From positions 309 through 64,308 of the forward strand of contig JAMLHJ010000005.1 of assembly GCA_023957245.1 (NCBI GenBank): DNA of 64,000 nt. The letters run 5' to 3'. The stretch comes from Chitinophagales bacterium. GTDB taxonomy: Bacteria > Bacteroidota > Bacteroidia > Chitinophagales > JADIYW01. This document shows positions 40,070 to 50,127 of the stretch, piece by piece; within the stretch, counting starts at the first letter, position 1, and every line of letters begins with the position of its first letter. The notes under the pieces were generated by a model. That model did not search any database and was not told where the DNA came from. It saw only the letters and a program-made list of their open reading frames with translations. Position numbers and translations under genes: made by a program.

Positions 40070-41041
40070 ATGAAAATTTCAATTATTAAATTGCACATCT
40101 GTATCGCCGTCTTGTCTATTTTAATTGGTTGTAAAAAAGATAATGTTTCAAAAGAAGACAATCGAGATATACAAATAACAAAAGTTGAATTTATAGAAAG
40201 CAATGAGTTAAGTAAAGGAGTTTATAATTACAAATATGATTCTACAGGCCAATTAAATGATATTATACTTGAGGCATTAGGGTATTCTTCTAATCCCATA
40301 GAAATCATTAAATCTGAAAATCAAATACAATTGGTATATCTCGAAGGTGTCGCAGACTTTGGATGGATGGATACTAAAATATTAATAAGTCAGAATAAAG
40401 TTGAGAAGATAAATGTGTTAACTAAATTATTAACTATGTTATCCATAGAAGGAGAGTTAGAAATAAATAGGAAAGATAATAAATTTGAAAGAATTATGTT
40501 TAGTGATTATGTCTCAAACTCAGTTACAACATATTTTCCAATAGAGTCCAAAGTATTGAAATATAATCAATATGATTTGCCTGAATCAACAGTGATGGAT
40601 TCTAAGTTTATTCGAAATGATAAATATAGTAAGTATATGGCCTATTTTAACTTCGAATATGTGGAAGCACTTAGTATTCCTAAAAAATTAAAAAGATTAA
40701 TCAATGAAGAACTATTGTTTTTAAATAGATATGGTGTTACAAACGCTGATTTTGACTTTTTTTTAAATAACAATACAAGTGTTTTATATGGAAATAATAA
40801 TGGAAATCAATACGGAGAAGGTAATTGGCTGATTTCTTTCGGGCTACCACAGTATTATATTCTTGAAGAAAAAAGTAATTATATGGTATCCAAAAGGACT
40901 ACGGATATTTATCAAATTGATGAAGCTGGAGAGGAAAAATATCTCAAAACCAAAGTAGAAGATTTTCCATACAAGCACGATGTAGAAGCTAAAATTTTAG
41001 AGATTGCGGGACTGAAAATATGGTATGAGTTTGTGGAGTGA
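40070..41041 (+). CDS. hypothetical lipoprotein
   Basis: 323 aa with lipobox ILIGC. The coding sequence is very AT-rich: I counted 12 G+C in the 60 nt at 40381-40440. No family recognised. Confidence 0.62.
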   Translation: MKISIIKLHICIAVLSILIGCKKDNVSKEDNRDIQITKVEFIESNELSKGVYNYKYDSTGQLNDIILEALGYSSNPIEIIKSENQIQLVYLEGVADFGWMDTKILISQNKVEKINVLTKLLTMLSIEGELEINRKDNKFERIMFSDYVSNSVTTYFPIESKVLKYNQYDLPESTVMDSKFIRNDKYSKYMAYFNFEYVEALSIPKKLKRLINEELLFLNRYGVTNADFDFFLNNNTSVLYGNNNGNQYGEGNWLISFGLPQYYILEEKSNYMVSKRTTDIYQIDEAGEEKYLKTKVEDFPYKHDVEAKILEIAGLKIWYEFVE

Positions 41042-41194
41042 TGATAGGAATCGGGAATCAAGAACCATGAATCAAGATAAGAGATGAAAGATCTGAAGCC
41101 AATACTGACATCATTATGACGAATAGAAAATAGCCATGAATACAACTATCCAATACTGAGACGGTGAGGCATTTTGCTATTCGTTGTACTTCGT

Positions 41195-41315
41195 CAGGCT
41201 ATTAGATAAAAGAGAATTTGTCGAAACTAAAGTAATGAAAGTTCCATATATCCATGATGCAGAAGTATAAAACATAGAAATTGCTGAGTTGAAAATATAA
41301 TATGATTTTGTGGAA
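41195..41315 (+). pseudogene. decayed duplicate of the 3' end of the 40070-41041 gene
   Basis: The frame 41214-41315 reads EFVETKVMKVPYIHDAEV*NIEIAELKI*YDFVE. The intact C-terminus reads LKTKVEDFPYKHDVEAKILEIAGLKIWYEFVE. The copy has two in-frame stops, and an upstream part is in another frame. Confidence 0.55.
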
Positions 41316-41318
41316 AAA

Positions 41319-41552
41319 CTAAGGCACTGGGTCATAACCGTGTCCACCCCAAGGATGGCAAGATAATATACGTTTGGCAGCATAAAAGCCTCCTTTCAAC
41401 AAACCATGCTTTTTAAGAGCTTCTAATGCATAATGCGAGCAGGTAGGCTGGTAACGGCACTTATTGGGACCTAACATAGGCGAAATCACCCATTGATAGA
41501 TTTTAATCAATAGTACCAGAGGAAAGATGAGAATCTGTTGTATTCTTTTCAT
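41319..41552 (-). CDS. yidD: membrane protein insertion efficiency factor YidD
   Basis: 77 aa. [19 protein letters not shown]...[12 protein letters not shown] is the YidD signature. Confidence 0.9.
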   Translation of the reverse strand: MKRIQQILIFPLVLLIKIYQWVISPMLGPNKCRYQPTCSHYALEALKKHGLLKGGFYAAKRILSCHPWGGHGYDPVP

Positions 41553-41889
41553 GTTTCTTCACCCAAAGCTGAAAAAGATTTTTTACATATTTTGTAGTCG
41601 TAGCACTATCAGGCAATGTATTACCCATGTAAGTTAATGCAAAAAGATATCTAAATTCAGAATTATCAATAATTTGATGCAGAATTGATTGCTCATGTCG
41701 AATAGCTTCACGTATCAATCGCTTGATACGATTTCTATCCACAGCATGAGGAAATTTTTTCTTGGTAACACTGACCAAAAAACTAACTTTTTCTTTGCCT
41801 TCTGAAAGCTCTTGTTGCAAAAAATAAATTCTAAAAAGACCACTATTTAAAAAATAGCGATGCCTAAAAAGCGCATCAATATCTTTCAC
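41503..41889 (-). CDS. rnpA: ribonuclease P protein component
   Basis: 128 aa. The RNR-like motif [10 protein letters not shown] and the position between rpmH and yidD support the call. Its 3' end overlaps the yidD start by 50 nt. Confidence 0.85.
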   Translation of the reverse strand: MKDIDALFRHRYFLNSGLFRIYFLQQELSEGKEKVSFLVSVTKKKFPHAVDRNRIKRLIREAIRHEQSILHQIIDNSEFRYLFALTYMGNTLPDSATTTKYVKNLFQLWVKKHEKNTTDSHLSSGTID

Positions 41890-41952
41890 GCTTTTTAGGC
41901 TTATGCTTCTAGGAAAAGTATTATTATATGACCCTTCCTTTTTCAGAATAGT

Positions 41953-42108
41953 TTATTTTAATTTTAACTCGTCAGAAACAGAAAGTTTTTTACGACCTCT
42001 TGCTCTACGTGCATTTAATACTGCTCTTCCACCTTTGGTTTTCATTCTTTCTCTAAAACCGTGTTTATTTTTTCTCTTACGTACTGAAGGTTGATAAGTC
42101 CTTTTCAT
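41953..42108 (-). CDS. rpmH: 50S ribosomal protein L34
   Basis: Not in the ORF track because it is under 60 aa. The minus strand translates to [51 protein letters not shown], a canonical L34, directly upstream of rnpA. Confidence 0.9.
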   Translation of the reverse strand: MKRTYQPSVRKRKNKHGFRERMKTKGGRAVLNARRARGRKKLSVSDELKLK

Positions 42109-42126
42109 CTTCTATATTTTTTACAA

Positions 42127-42140
42127 GGACTGCAAAGATA
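42127..42140 (-). promoter_or_regulatory. Bacteroidota-type -7 promoter box (TATCTTTG) upstream of rpmH
   Basis: The minus strand reads TATCTTTGCAGTCC, identical to the 14-mer upstream of rplM, about 25 nt upstream of the rpmH ATG. Confidence 0.6.
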
Positions 42141-42183
42141 CGCTTTTTTACCTCTTTACAATCTTTTTATGTTAAATAATCTA

Positions 42184-44085
42184 TTATTTATTCATTGTGA
42201 TTAAAAATTCTTCGTTACTACGAGTACCTCTCATCTGATTTAATACAAATTGGATAGCTTCATCTGGGTTCATATCTGCAAGATGATTACGAAGTATCCA
42301 CATTTTCTGTTGGATTTCTTTCTTCAGTAATAAATCATCTCTTCTTGTAGAAGAAGCGACAACATCTACAGCAGGGAATACTCGTTTATTGGCAATTTTT
42401 CTATCCAATGCCAGCTCCATATTACCAGTACCTTTAAATTCTTCAAAGATAACCTCATCCATTTTAGAACCTGTGTCAATCAAAGCAGTAGCTACAATTG
42501 TAAGGGAACCACCATTTTCAATATTTCTAGCTGCGCCAAAAAATTGTTTTGGTTTATGAAGTGCATTGGCTTCAACACCTCCAGAAAGAACCTTTCCACT
42601 TGAAGGAGCTGTTGTATTGTATGCTCTTGCCAATCTTGTAATAGAGTCTAACAAAATGACTACATCATGTCCACACTCTACCAATCTTTTGGCCTTTTGT
42701 AAGACAATATTTGAAACTTTCACATGCCTATCTGCTGGCTCGTCAAAAGTAGAAGCAACGACTTCCGCATTTACACTTCGTTGCATATCTGTCACCTCTT
42801 CAGGTCGCTCATCGATTAAAAGAACAATCAAATAAACTTCAGGATGATTTTTAGCGATAGCATTAGCAATATCTTTTAACAACATTGTTTTACCCACTTT
42901 AGGTTGGGCTACAATCATACCTCTCTGACCCTTACCTATTGGCGCAAATAAATCAACTACTCTTGTAGAGAAATTATTAGGTTCTAAAAATAGATTTAAT
43001 TTTTCAGTAGGAAATAAAGGGGTCAAATAATCAAATGGTATCCTATCTCTAATCAAATGAGGTTGCTTTCCATTAATATTATCGACTTTTTGAAGTGCAA
43101 AATATTTCTCACCTTCTTTTGGTGGTCGAATAAGACCGGTAATTGTATCTCCTGTTTTTAAACCCAAGTTTTTGATTTGAGATGGAGAAACATATACATC
43201 ATCTGGAGAGGAAAGATAATTATAGTCAGCAGATCTTAAAAATCCATATCCATCAGGAATAATTTCAAGTACTCCTTCTGCAGTAATATATGCATCTAAT
43301 TGAGCAAAAATATCCACACTAGGTTTTTCTATAGACCTCTCTCCTTCTTGGGAATCAGCTTGCTTCTCTCTATCACCATTATGATGACCTTTTTCCTTAT
43401 TAGGATAAGGCATTTTATTGTTTCTATCTCTATGTTGCTTTGGATGTCCTTCAGTAGAAGCCTCTTTAACAACTTGAGTCTCAGATTCTTTAATATCCTC
43501 TACTCCTTTACCAGCTTCTGATTTCTCAAAAAATAAAGGTTCTTTGCTTTTAGGTTCTGGTGTAACAAAATCAAATACAACCTTTTCTTGAATTTTCCTT
43601 TCATCTGGAGCTTCCTCAGTTCTTCTCTTTTGATGATGATGTTGAGGTTTCCTCATCTGATTAACATTAGGAATTTCAGGCATACCTGGAGGAGTATCTA
43701 CTGATTTGCTCAAGATAGTATCTTCTAATCTATTGGTATCATTGTTCTCACTGTCAGCAGGAACATTAGCTTCTTCTTCATTTGAAGATGAATAGTTTTT
43801 AGTCTGAATAGCAACTGGTTCGGATACTTTTCTAAATATTCTGTTGCGTTTTTTCTTTTCAAAAGCGCCTAGAGCCGCATCTGTAGCTTCATCTTCTTCC
43901 ATTACTTCAACTAAATCAGTCGCTGGGGATGTATTAACAGACGATTGCCCTTGTCTATTGATGATAGTATCAATAAGATCTTGTTTCTTCATTTTTGAAA
44001 CGTTTGTCTTATTTTCTCCAAATTCTAATGCTATTTCCTTTAAATCAAGGAGTAACATCTTTTTTAAATCTTCTATTGAATGCAT
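42184..44085 (-). CDS. rho: transcription termination factor Rho with long N-terminal insertion
   Basis: 633 aa. The C-terminal ~400 aa are canonical Rho: Walker [19 protein letters not shown] and the RNA-binding CSD-like region [14 protein letters not shown]. About 200 aa of charged low-complexity sequence follow the N-terminal helical domain. Confidence 0.93.
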   Translation of the reverse strand: MHSIEDLKKMLLLDLKEIALEFGENKTNVSKMKKQDLIDTIINRQGQSSVNTSPATDLVEVMEEDEATDAALGAFEKKKRNRIFRKVSEPVAIQTKNYSSSNEEEANVPADSENNDTNRLEDTILSKSVDTPPGMPEIPNVNQMRKPQHHHQKRRTEEAPDERKIQEKVVFDFVTPEPKSKEPLFFEKSEAGKGVEDIKESETQVVKEASTEGHPKQHRDRNNKMPYPNKEKGHHNGDREKQADSQEGERSIEKPSVDIFAQLDAYITAEGVLEIIPDGYGFLRSADYNYLSSPDDVYVSPSQIKNLGLKTGDTITGLIRPPKEGEKYFALQKVDNINGKQPHLIRDRIPFDYLTPLFPTEKLNLFLEPNNFSTRVVDLFAPIGKGQRGMIVAQPKVGKTMLLKDIANAIAKNHPEVYLIVLLIDERPEEVTDMQRSVNAEVVASTFDEPADRHVKVSNIVLQKAKRLVECGHDVVILLDSITRLARAYNTTAPSSGKVLSGGVEANALHKPKQFFGAARNIENGGSLTIVATALIDTGSKMDEVIFEEFKGTGNMELALDRKIANKRVFPAVDVVASSTRRDDLLLKKEIQQKMWILRNHLADMNPDEAIQFVLNQMRGTRSNEEFLITMNK

Positions 44086-44369
44086 AAAATTTTAAGTACA
44101 CTTGTAGAACACACTAAAATATTGGGTTCTTATGAGTTTGTTTTAGAAAACTAACAATGAATATTGTTTATGAAATATAAAGTAATGCAAAGAAATAATA
44201 TTTTTTGGAACGTTGCAATGTTTTTAGGAAAATTTTGACATTTAAAAAGAGGAATACCCATATTTAAGTACGTTACAATGGTTTATTTAAACATGAAATT
44301 TAAGATTTTCTAGTATTGAAATCGTTTTATACTCACCTTATTTTTACCTTGTAACACTGTCCAACAAAT

Positions 44370-45425
44370 ATGAAAGAATATCAAGTTATCGGATTAATGT
44401 CTGGCACCTCACTAGATGGTTTGGATATCTGTCTAGCTCGTTTTACTGAAGAGAATGACACCTGGAGTTTTGAAATCTTAGATGCTGTTTGCTATGAATA
44501 CAATTCGGATTTTCAAGGGACACTCCGAAGTCTCCATCAAGGAACTGCATATCAATTGGCAGAAATGCACCATCAATTTTCTGTTATGCAAGCAAAATAT
44601 ATTCAACGTTTTTTTGAAAAACAACAAGGCAATCATCAAGCAGAAATCATCGTATCTCATGGTCAAACAATATTTCATCAACCACATCAATCATTTACAA
44701 CTCAGATAGGTTGTGGAGCAACATTATCAGCATTGACAGGCAAACCAGTAGTGAGTGACTTAAGAACATACGATATGGCACTTGGAGGACAAGGAGCGCC
44801 ATTAGTCCCGTTTGGTGAAAAATATTTATTTCCAGAATATTCAAGCTTTATCAATATTGGAGGCATTTGCAATATCAGTATTCACGATGTTAAGTCAATT
44901 AAAGCATTTGATGTATGCCCAGGTAATACATTATTAAATTTGCTATCTCAACAGATGGGCTTTCCTTATGATCAACATGGAGAAATCTCACGAATAGGGA
45001 AAGTCAATCCATACCTGTTAAAAACATTAGAAGCTGTTCCATATTATCAAAAACCTTTTCCTAAATCATTAGGAACAGAACATCTTTTGAGCGATTGGAT
45101 GCCACACATTGATGGTATAAATATTTCTATAGAAGATAAATTAGCGACTGTCGTAGAACATATTGCTAAAGAAATCAGCGATTCCATTCAAGGACAATCC
45201 AAAACTTTAGTTACAGGAGGAGGTGCTTACAATCAATATCTTATAGAGCGCATTCAGCATTATTCCTCTTCAAAAATTGATGTTCCTTCAAAAGAAATAA
45301 TTGAGTTTAAAGAGGCTTTAATTATTGGTTTTTTGGGGTTAATGAGATATTTAGGTAGAAATAATTGTCTATCAACAGTCACTGGAGCTAAAAGAGATAA
45401 TATGGGTGGAGCCATTTATGGCTAA
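44370..45425 (+). CDS. anmK: anhydro-N-acetylmuramic acid kinase
   Basis: 351 aa. IGLMSGTSLDGLD N-terminus, GGQGAPLVP and NIGGI motifs. Confidence 0.88.
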   Translation: MKEYQVIGLMSGTSLDGLDICLARFTEENDTWSFEILDAVCYEYNSDFQGTLRSLHQGTAYQLAEMHHQFSVMQAKYIQRFFEKQQGNHQAEIIVSHGQTIFHQPHQSFTTQIGCGATLSALTGKPVVSDLRTYDMALGGQGAPLVPFGEKYLFPEYSSFINIGGICNISIHDVKSIKAFDVCPGNTLLNLLSQQMGFPYDQHGEISRIGKVNPYLLKTLEAVPYYQKPFPKSLGTEHLLSDWMPHIDGINISIEDKLATVVEHIAKEISDSIQGQSKTLVTGGGAYNQYLIERIQHYSSSKIDVPSKEIIEFKEALIIGFLGLMRYLGRNNCLSTVTGAKRDNMGGAIYG

Positions 45426-45534
45426 TATGATTTTCTCCAATTTCAAACAATTAGATAGTTAATCATTGAAATCAGCGATTGAATGTGCAGAATTGAATTG
45501 TTGATTTCTTATCTTTGACACCTCAATTTGTTTT

Positions 45535-46803
45535 ATGTTACAATTAGAAGTTTTAAAATCTAATCCTTCAGAAGTTAAAGCACGATTAGCTAAGAAAAAT
45601 TTTCAGCAATTAGAGTTGGTAGATACGATTATCGCTATTGACGAAAAAAGACGTTCCACCAAATCGGAAATAGATAATTTATTGGCAGAGAGAAACAAAT
45701 TGTCCAAAGAAATAGGATTGTTAGTCAAAAACAAAGATCCTCAAGCAGAACAAGTCAAAGTACGTGTTGCTGAAATCAAAGATTCACTCGAAACTTTAGA
45801 ACTATTATTCCAAAATATTGAGCAAGAATTGTATCAAAATCTGGTTTTACTTCCTAATCTTCCTGCCGATATTGTACCTGCTGGGAAAACTGCTGAAGAC
45901 AACTTCATTGCTTACCAAGTTGATACTATTCCCAATGCACAAGAAGGAGCTTTGCCTCATTGGGAATTGGTAAAAAAATATAATATTATAGATTTTGAAT
46001 TAGGCACTAAATTGACAGCTCCAGGATTTCCAGTATATAAAGGTAAAGGAGCTATTCTTCAGAGAGCATTAATCAATTTCTTCTTGACAGAAGCTGCCTC
46101 AGCTGGATACACAGAGATGATGGTTCCTCACATGGTCAATGAAGATTCAGCATTTGCCACTGGACAATTACCAGATAAAGAAGGGCAAATGTATCATGCT
46201 ACTGTAGATAATTTCTATCTAATACCAACAGCTGAAGTGCCCTTGACCAATATTTATAGAGATGTTATTATTGAGGAAAAAGAATTTCCTATCAAAATTA
46301 CTGGCTATACTCCTTGTTTCAGAAGAGAGGCTGGTAGCTATGGGAAAGATGTTAGAGGTTTGAATCGTTTGCACCAATTTGACAAAGTAGAAATTGTTCA
46401 GATTCAACATCCAGAAAAATCTTATCAGACACTGGACGAGATGTGTGCACATGTAGAAGGGCTCTTAAAAAAATTGGAATTACCCTATCGAATCTTAAGA
46501 CTTTGTGGTGGAGATATGAGTTTTGCAAGTGCATTGACTTATGATTTTGAGGTTTATTCAGTAGCACAAGAAAGATGGTTGGAGGTAAGTTCTGTTTCTA
46601 ATTTTGAAACCTTTCAATCCAATAGATTAAAATTGCGATACCGAGCTGCGGATAATAAGAAAATATTGGCACATACTCTTAATGGTAGTGCAATGGCATT
46701 GCCACGAGTGCTGGCAGCTATATTAGAAATCAACCAAACAGTTGAGGGAATAAAGATTCCTACTGTATTGCAGAAATATACAGGATTTGAAATAATAGAT
46801 TAG
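45535..46803 (+). CDS. serS: serine--tRNA ligase
   Basis: 422 aa. An N-terminal coiled-coil arm plus class II motifs (LIPTAEVPLTN, GYTPCFRREAGS, NGSAMALPR). Confidence 0.93.
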   Translation: MLQLEVLKSNPSEVKARLAKKNFQQLELVDTIIAIDEKRRSTKSEIDNLLAERNKLSKEIGLLVKNKDPQAEQVKVRVAEIKDSLETLELLFQNIEQELYQNLVLLPNLPADIVPAGKTAEDNFIAYQVDTIPNAQEGALPHWELVKKYNIIDFELGTKLTAPGFPVYKGKGAILQRALINFFLTEAASAGYTEMMVPHMVNEDSAFATGQLPDKEGQMYHATVDNFYLIPTAEVPLTNIYRDVIIEEKEFPIKITGYTPCFRREAGSYGKDVRGLNRLHQFDKVEIVQIQHPEKSYQTLDEMCAHVEGLLKKLELPYRILRLCGGDMSFASALTYDFEVYSVAQERWLEVSSVSNFETFQSNRLKLRYRAADNKKILAHTLNGSAMALPRVLAAILEINQTVEGIKIPTVLQKYTGFEIID

Positions 46804-46935
46804 GAAAGTACTTTTCAAATATTTGAGTTCAAAAATGCATTTAAGCTAAATGATTTTTCGTTTGGTCTAACAATAGTCTTCTAACTTTCATTTTCTTTTA
46901 AAAATTTAGTATTTTAACTCCAAATTTTTAAATAG

Positions 46936-48111
46936 ATGATACAGTTTATTTCAAACGTCATTGAGAAATACGGAGGTCGTCCAGCAGGTTCTGAACAAGA
47001 GAAAGGTGCTCAGGAGTTTACCGCTGACACATTAAGAGGTTTCTGCGATCAAGTAAAAATAGAAGAGTTTAAAAGCCCTCTTTCTTCACACTTTGAATCG
47101 CTAAAAATATTTAGCATTATCTATTGGTTTACATTGTGGCTGATGACTACTCTTTATTCTCAAAAGATATTATTGGGAGTCTTGATTTCAGGAGTTGGTG
47201 CAATACTTTTCATTTGGCATTTTTTGACATATAGACATGTTTTGGACTTCCTATTTCCAAAAGAAAAATCTTGGAATGTAGAAGGGAAAATAGAACCTAC
47301 TGGAGAAGTAAAATCTACCCTCATCATTGCTGGGCATATCGACAGTGTATATGAATTTCAATGGTGGTATCATTTTAAAACATTTGGCATGGCACTCAAT
47401 GTCATAGCTGGCTTTGGCTTTGTCCTCTTGCCTATTTATTTAGGCTTATTATGGATATATTCTTATTTCGCTTTGCCAAAAGGTATAGCTATGTGGCCTT
47501 ATTACGTATTTGTTGCAATTTCGCCAGCAGCTTTATCTATGTTCTTTATGCATGGAGAAGAGCCAGTAGATGGTGCCATAGATAACCTGACTGGAGTAGC
47601 AATGGCAGTAGAAATGGGCAAATATTTCTCTCAAGAAAAACTGAAACATACTCGACTGAAATTGGTCAGTTTTGGAAGTGAAGAACCAGCATTAAGAGGA
47701 GCTTTCGCTTATGTAGCTGAACACAAAGAAGAACTATTAAAAGAGAAGGCTGTTTTAATCAATATAGATACAATAAAAGAAAAAGCCAATCTTACGATAG
47801 CCACAAAAGAAATCAATACCCTTGTAACATTTCCTGAAAATCTCGTTCAAAAACTAGAAACTGCCTTCCAACAAAGCAATGTACCCGTAAAAAAAGGACC
47901 TTTGCCAATAGGCGCTTCCGATGCTTCAGCATTTGCTATTAATGGTCTTCCATCTGCATTTATTTTGGGCATGGACTCAAATAAGTATGACCATAGTTAT
48001 CATACTAGATTAGATAATTTAGAACACTTGAATCCAGATGGACTTGAGGCGTTAAAAACTGTAATGATAAGATTTATTGACAACTGGGATAAAGAACAAA
48101 CTAATTCATAA
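46936..48111 (+). CDS. M28 family metallopeptidase with membrane-spanning insertions
   Basis: 391 aa. Zn-ligand-like motifs are AGHIDSV, DNLTGVA, GSEEPALRG and SYHTRLD. Several hydrophobic helices lie in the N-terminal half. Confidence 0.72.
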   Translation: MIQFISNVIEKYGGRPAGSEQEKGAQEFTADTLRGFCDQVKIEEFKSPLSSHFESLKIFSIIYWFTLWLMTTLYSQKILLGVLISGVGAILFIWHFLTYRHVLDFLFPKEKSWNVEGKIEPTGEVKSTLIIAGHIDSVYEFQWWYHFKTFGMALNVIAGFGFVLLPIYLGLLWIYSYFALPKGIAMWPYYVFVAISPAALSMFFMHGEEPVDGAIDNLTGVAMAVEMGKYFSQEKLKHTRLKLVSFGSEEPALRGAFAYVAEHKEELLKEKAVLINIDTIKEKANLTIATKEINTLVTFPENLVQKLETAFQQSNVPVKKGPLPIGASDASAFAINGLPSAFILGMDSNKYDHSYHTRLDNLEHLNPDGLEALKTVMIRFIDNWDKEQTNS

Positions 48112-48113
48112 AA

Positions 48114-49598
48114 ATGAATTTTCAAGATTATATACAATATGATGCACTCGGATTGGCTGAGTTGATTCGCAAAGGGGAAGTAAGTGCTTCGGAGGTTTTA
48201 GAAGTAGCTATTTTAAGAGCGGAACAAATCAATCCGTCCCTTAATGCAATAGTGCATACAATGTACGGAAAAGCAAGGGAGCGTGCAACTCAAGCATTAC
48301 CCAATCATATTTTAGCAGGAGTTCCATTTTTAATGAAAGATTTGGAGCTATATCTTGCAGGAGAACCTATGACTCATGGTTCACAGTCAATGAAGAGCTA
48401 TATTCCAAAAGAAGATAGTTATGCAGTGAAAAAAATGAAAAATATTGGTTTGAATATTTTTGGCAAAACCAATACACCTGAATTTGGAATTACCCCTTTT
48501 ACTGAACCTAAAGCCAATGGTATTACCAAAAACCCATGGAATCCTGCATATAGTGCTGGAGGAAGTAGCGGTGGTTCAGCGGCAGCGATAGCAGCAGGAG
48601 TTGTCCCGATGGCAAGTGCTGGAGATGGCGGTGGTTCTATCAGAATACCTGCATCAGCATGTGGTCTATTTGGCATCAAACCTAGCCGTGGGCGAATCAG
48701 CTTAGGACCAGGAAACGGGGAAGCATGGAGTGGTCTAGTATCGTCATTTGCCTTATCTAGAACAGTAAGAGATAGTGCAGCATTATTAGATGCACTCATT
48801 GGGGCTGAGCCTGGAGATCCATTTATTTTCCAAGCACCTGAAAATTCATTCCTTTCAGAAGTCAGTAGAGATCCTCAAAAACTTAGAATTGCGTATAGCA
48901 CTCAACATCCATTTGGACAATCTGTAGATGCTGATTGCCTTGATGCGATACAACAAACTGTAAAGCTTTTAAAATCTCTTGGACATGAAGTAGAAGAAAT
49001 TCCATTACCTTATGAAGAAGCATTATTGACTAAAACCTTTTTCATGTTAATGGCTGATGTAGCTGCTGACTTGGATATATTAGGAGAAATGAGAGGTCGT
49101 GAAATTCAAAAAAATGAAGTCGAATTAACTACTTGGTTACTTAATATTTTGGGACGTACTTATTCTGCAAGAGATTTTGCATATTCTCGAAAACAATGGA
49201 ACACTATCTCAAGAAGATTTGGTCAAATACATCAAACTTATGACCTTTGGCTCTGTCCAACATTGGCTCAGGCTCCAATTAAAAATGGAGCATTGCAAAG
49301 TAGTGCCATTGAGGAATTTGTCTTAAAAATTGCAATCAAAGCTGGATTGGTTCCTTACTTCAAAGGCACAAAGATTATTGATACGATTGCCAAGCGAACA
49401 TTAGGTTATATTCCTTACACTCCTATTGCCAATATGACTGGTCAACCTTCTATGAATATACCATTATATTGGAATAAAGATAATCTTCCTATTGGTGTGA
49501 TGTTTACTGCCAAAATGGGAGATGAAGCCACTTTGTTCCGTCTAGCAGGACAACTTGAAAATGCTCAACCTTGGAAAAATAGACGACCACAATTGTAA
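48114..49598 (+). CDS. amidase (amidase-signature family)
   Basis: 494 aa. The AS signature GGSSGGSAAAIAAG...GGSIRIPASACG contains the Ser-cisSer-Lys context. Confidence 0.9.
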   Translation: MNFQDYIQYDALGLAELIRKGEVSASEVLEVAILRAEQINPSLNAIVHTMYGKARERATQALPNHILAGVPFLMKDLELYLAGEPMTHGSQSMKSYIPKEDSYAVKKMKNIGLNIFGKTNTPEFGITPFTEPKANGITKNPWNPAYSAGGSSGGSAAAIAAGVVPMASAGDGGGSIRIPASACGLFGIKPSRGRISLGPGNGEAWSGLVSSFALSRTVRDSAALLDALIGAEPGDPFIFQAPENSFLSEVSRDPQKLRIAYSTQHPFGQSVDADCLDAIQQTVKLLKSLGHEVEEIPLPYEEALLTKTFFMLMADVAADLDILGEMRGREIQKNEVELTTWLLNILGRTYSARDFAYSRKQWNTISRRFGQIHQTYDLWLCPTLAQAPIKNGALQSSAIEEFVLKIAIKAGLVPYFKGTKIIDTIAKRTLGYIPYTPIANMTGQPSMNIPLYWNKDNLPIGVMFTAKMGDEATLFRLAGQLENAQPWKNRRPQL

Positions 49599-49659
49599 AA
49601 TTGGTTTATATTTTAACTATATATTTATATCTATAAATCTGTTAAACTTCTCAGTATTC

Positions 49660-50127
49660 ATGAAAGATCCCAAAACATTAAGTGCCGTTGCAGAATTTCA
49701 TCAGACATTTCAACACCCTATTCTTGACGCTCCCCAAATCCCTTCAGCAGAGAGATGCCAACTTCGTGTGTCGCTCATAGCTGAAGAATTAAAGGAATTA
49801 GAGGAAGCGATAGCTAATAATGATTTGATAGAAGTAGCAGATGCGCTTTGTGATATTCAGTATGTTTTATCGGGAGCTATTCTAGAATTTGGTTTAAAAG
49901 ATAAATTTTCAGATCTGTTTGATGAGGTTCAAAGGTCAAATATGAGTAAAGCATGCAAAACCCTTCAGGAAGCAGAAGCTACCATGAAATTCTATTTAGA
50001 AAAAGATGGTACAGAAAGTTATTATAAAGAGAAAGATGGCTTATTTCTAGTATATAGAAGTGCTGATCATAAAACTTTAAAATCTATTCAGTATTCCCCT
50101 GCTGACTTGAAGAAAATATTAGAATAG
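49660..50127 (+). CDS. MazG-like nucleoside triphosphate pyrophosphohydrolase family protein
   Basis: EFHQTFQHP...LRVSLIAEELKELEEA...EVADALCDIQYVLSG fits the all-alpha NTP-PPase (MazG-like) pattern. The start is set at the ATG at 49660. The track ORF start at 49555 overlaps the amidase gene. Confidence 0.62.
   Translation: MKDPKTLSAVAEFHQTFQHPILDAPQIPSAERCQLRVSLIAEELKELEEAIANNDLIEVADALCDIQYVLSGAILEFGLKDKFSDLFDEVQRSNMSKACKTLQEAEATMKFYLEKDGTESYYKEKDGLFLVYRSADHKTLKSIQYSPADLKKILE

Noticed and set aside
41177-41383. 68-aa minus-strand ORF overlapping the yidD 3' end
   Set aside because: It overlaps yidD and lies on the strand opposite the decayed lipoprotein-gene remnant. It is most likely a by-product of AT-rich pseudogene sequence.
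41503-41552. The 50-nt overlap between rnpA and yidD as a possible frameshift or sequencing error
   Set aside because: Both proteins have full-length family-typical sequences. rnpA/yidD overlaps or close coupling are common. Only the poorly conserved rnpA C-terminal tail is involved.
41903-42094. 63-aa plus-strand ORF between rnpA and rho
   Set aside because: It is antisense to an unmistakable rpmH (L34) gene on the minus strand (41953-42108).
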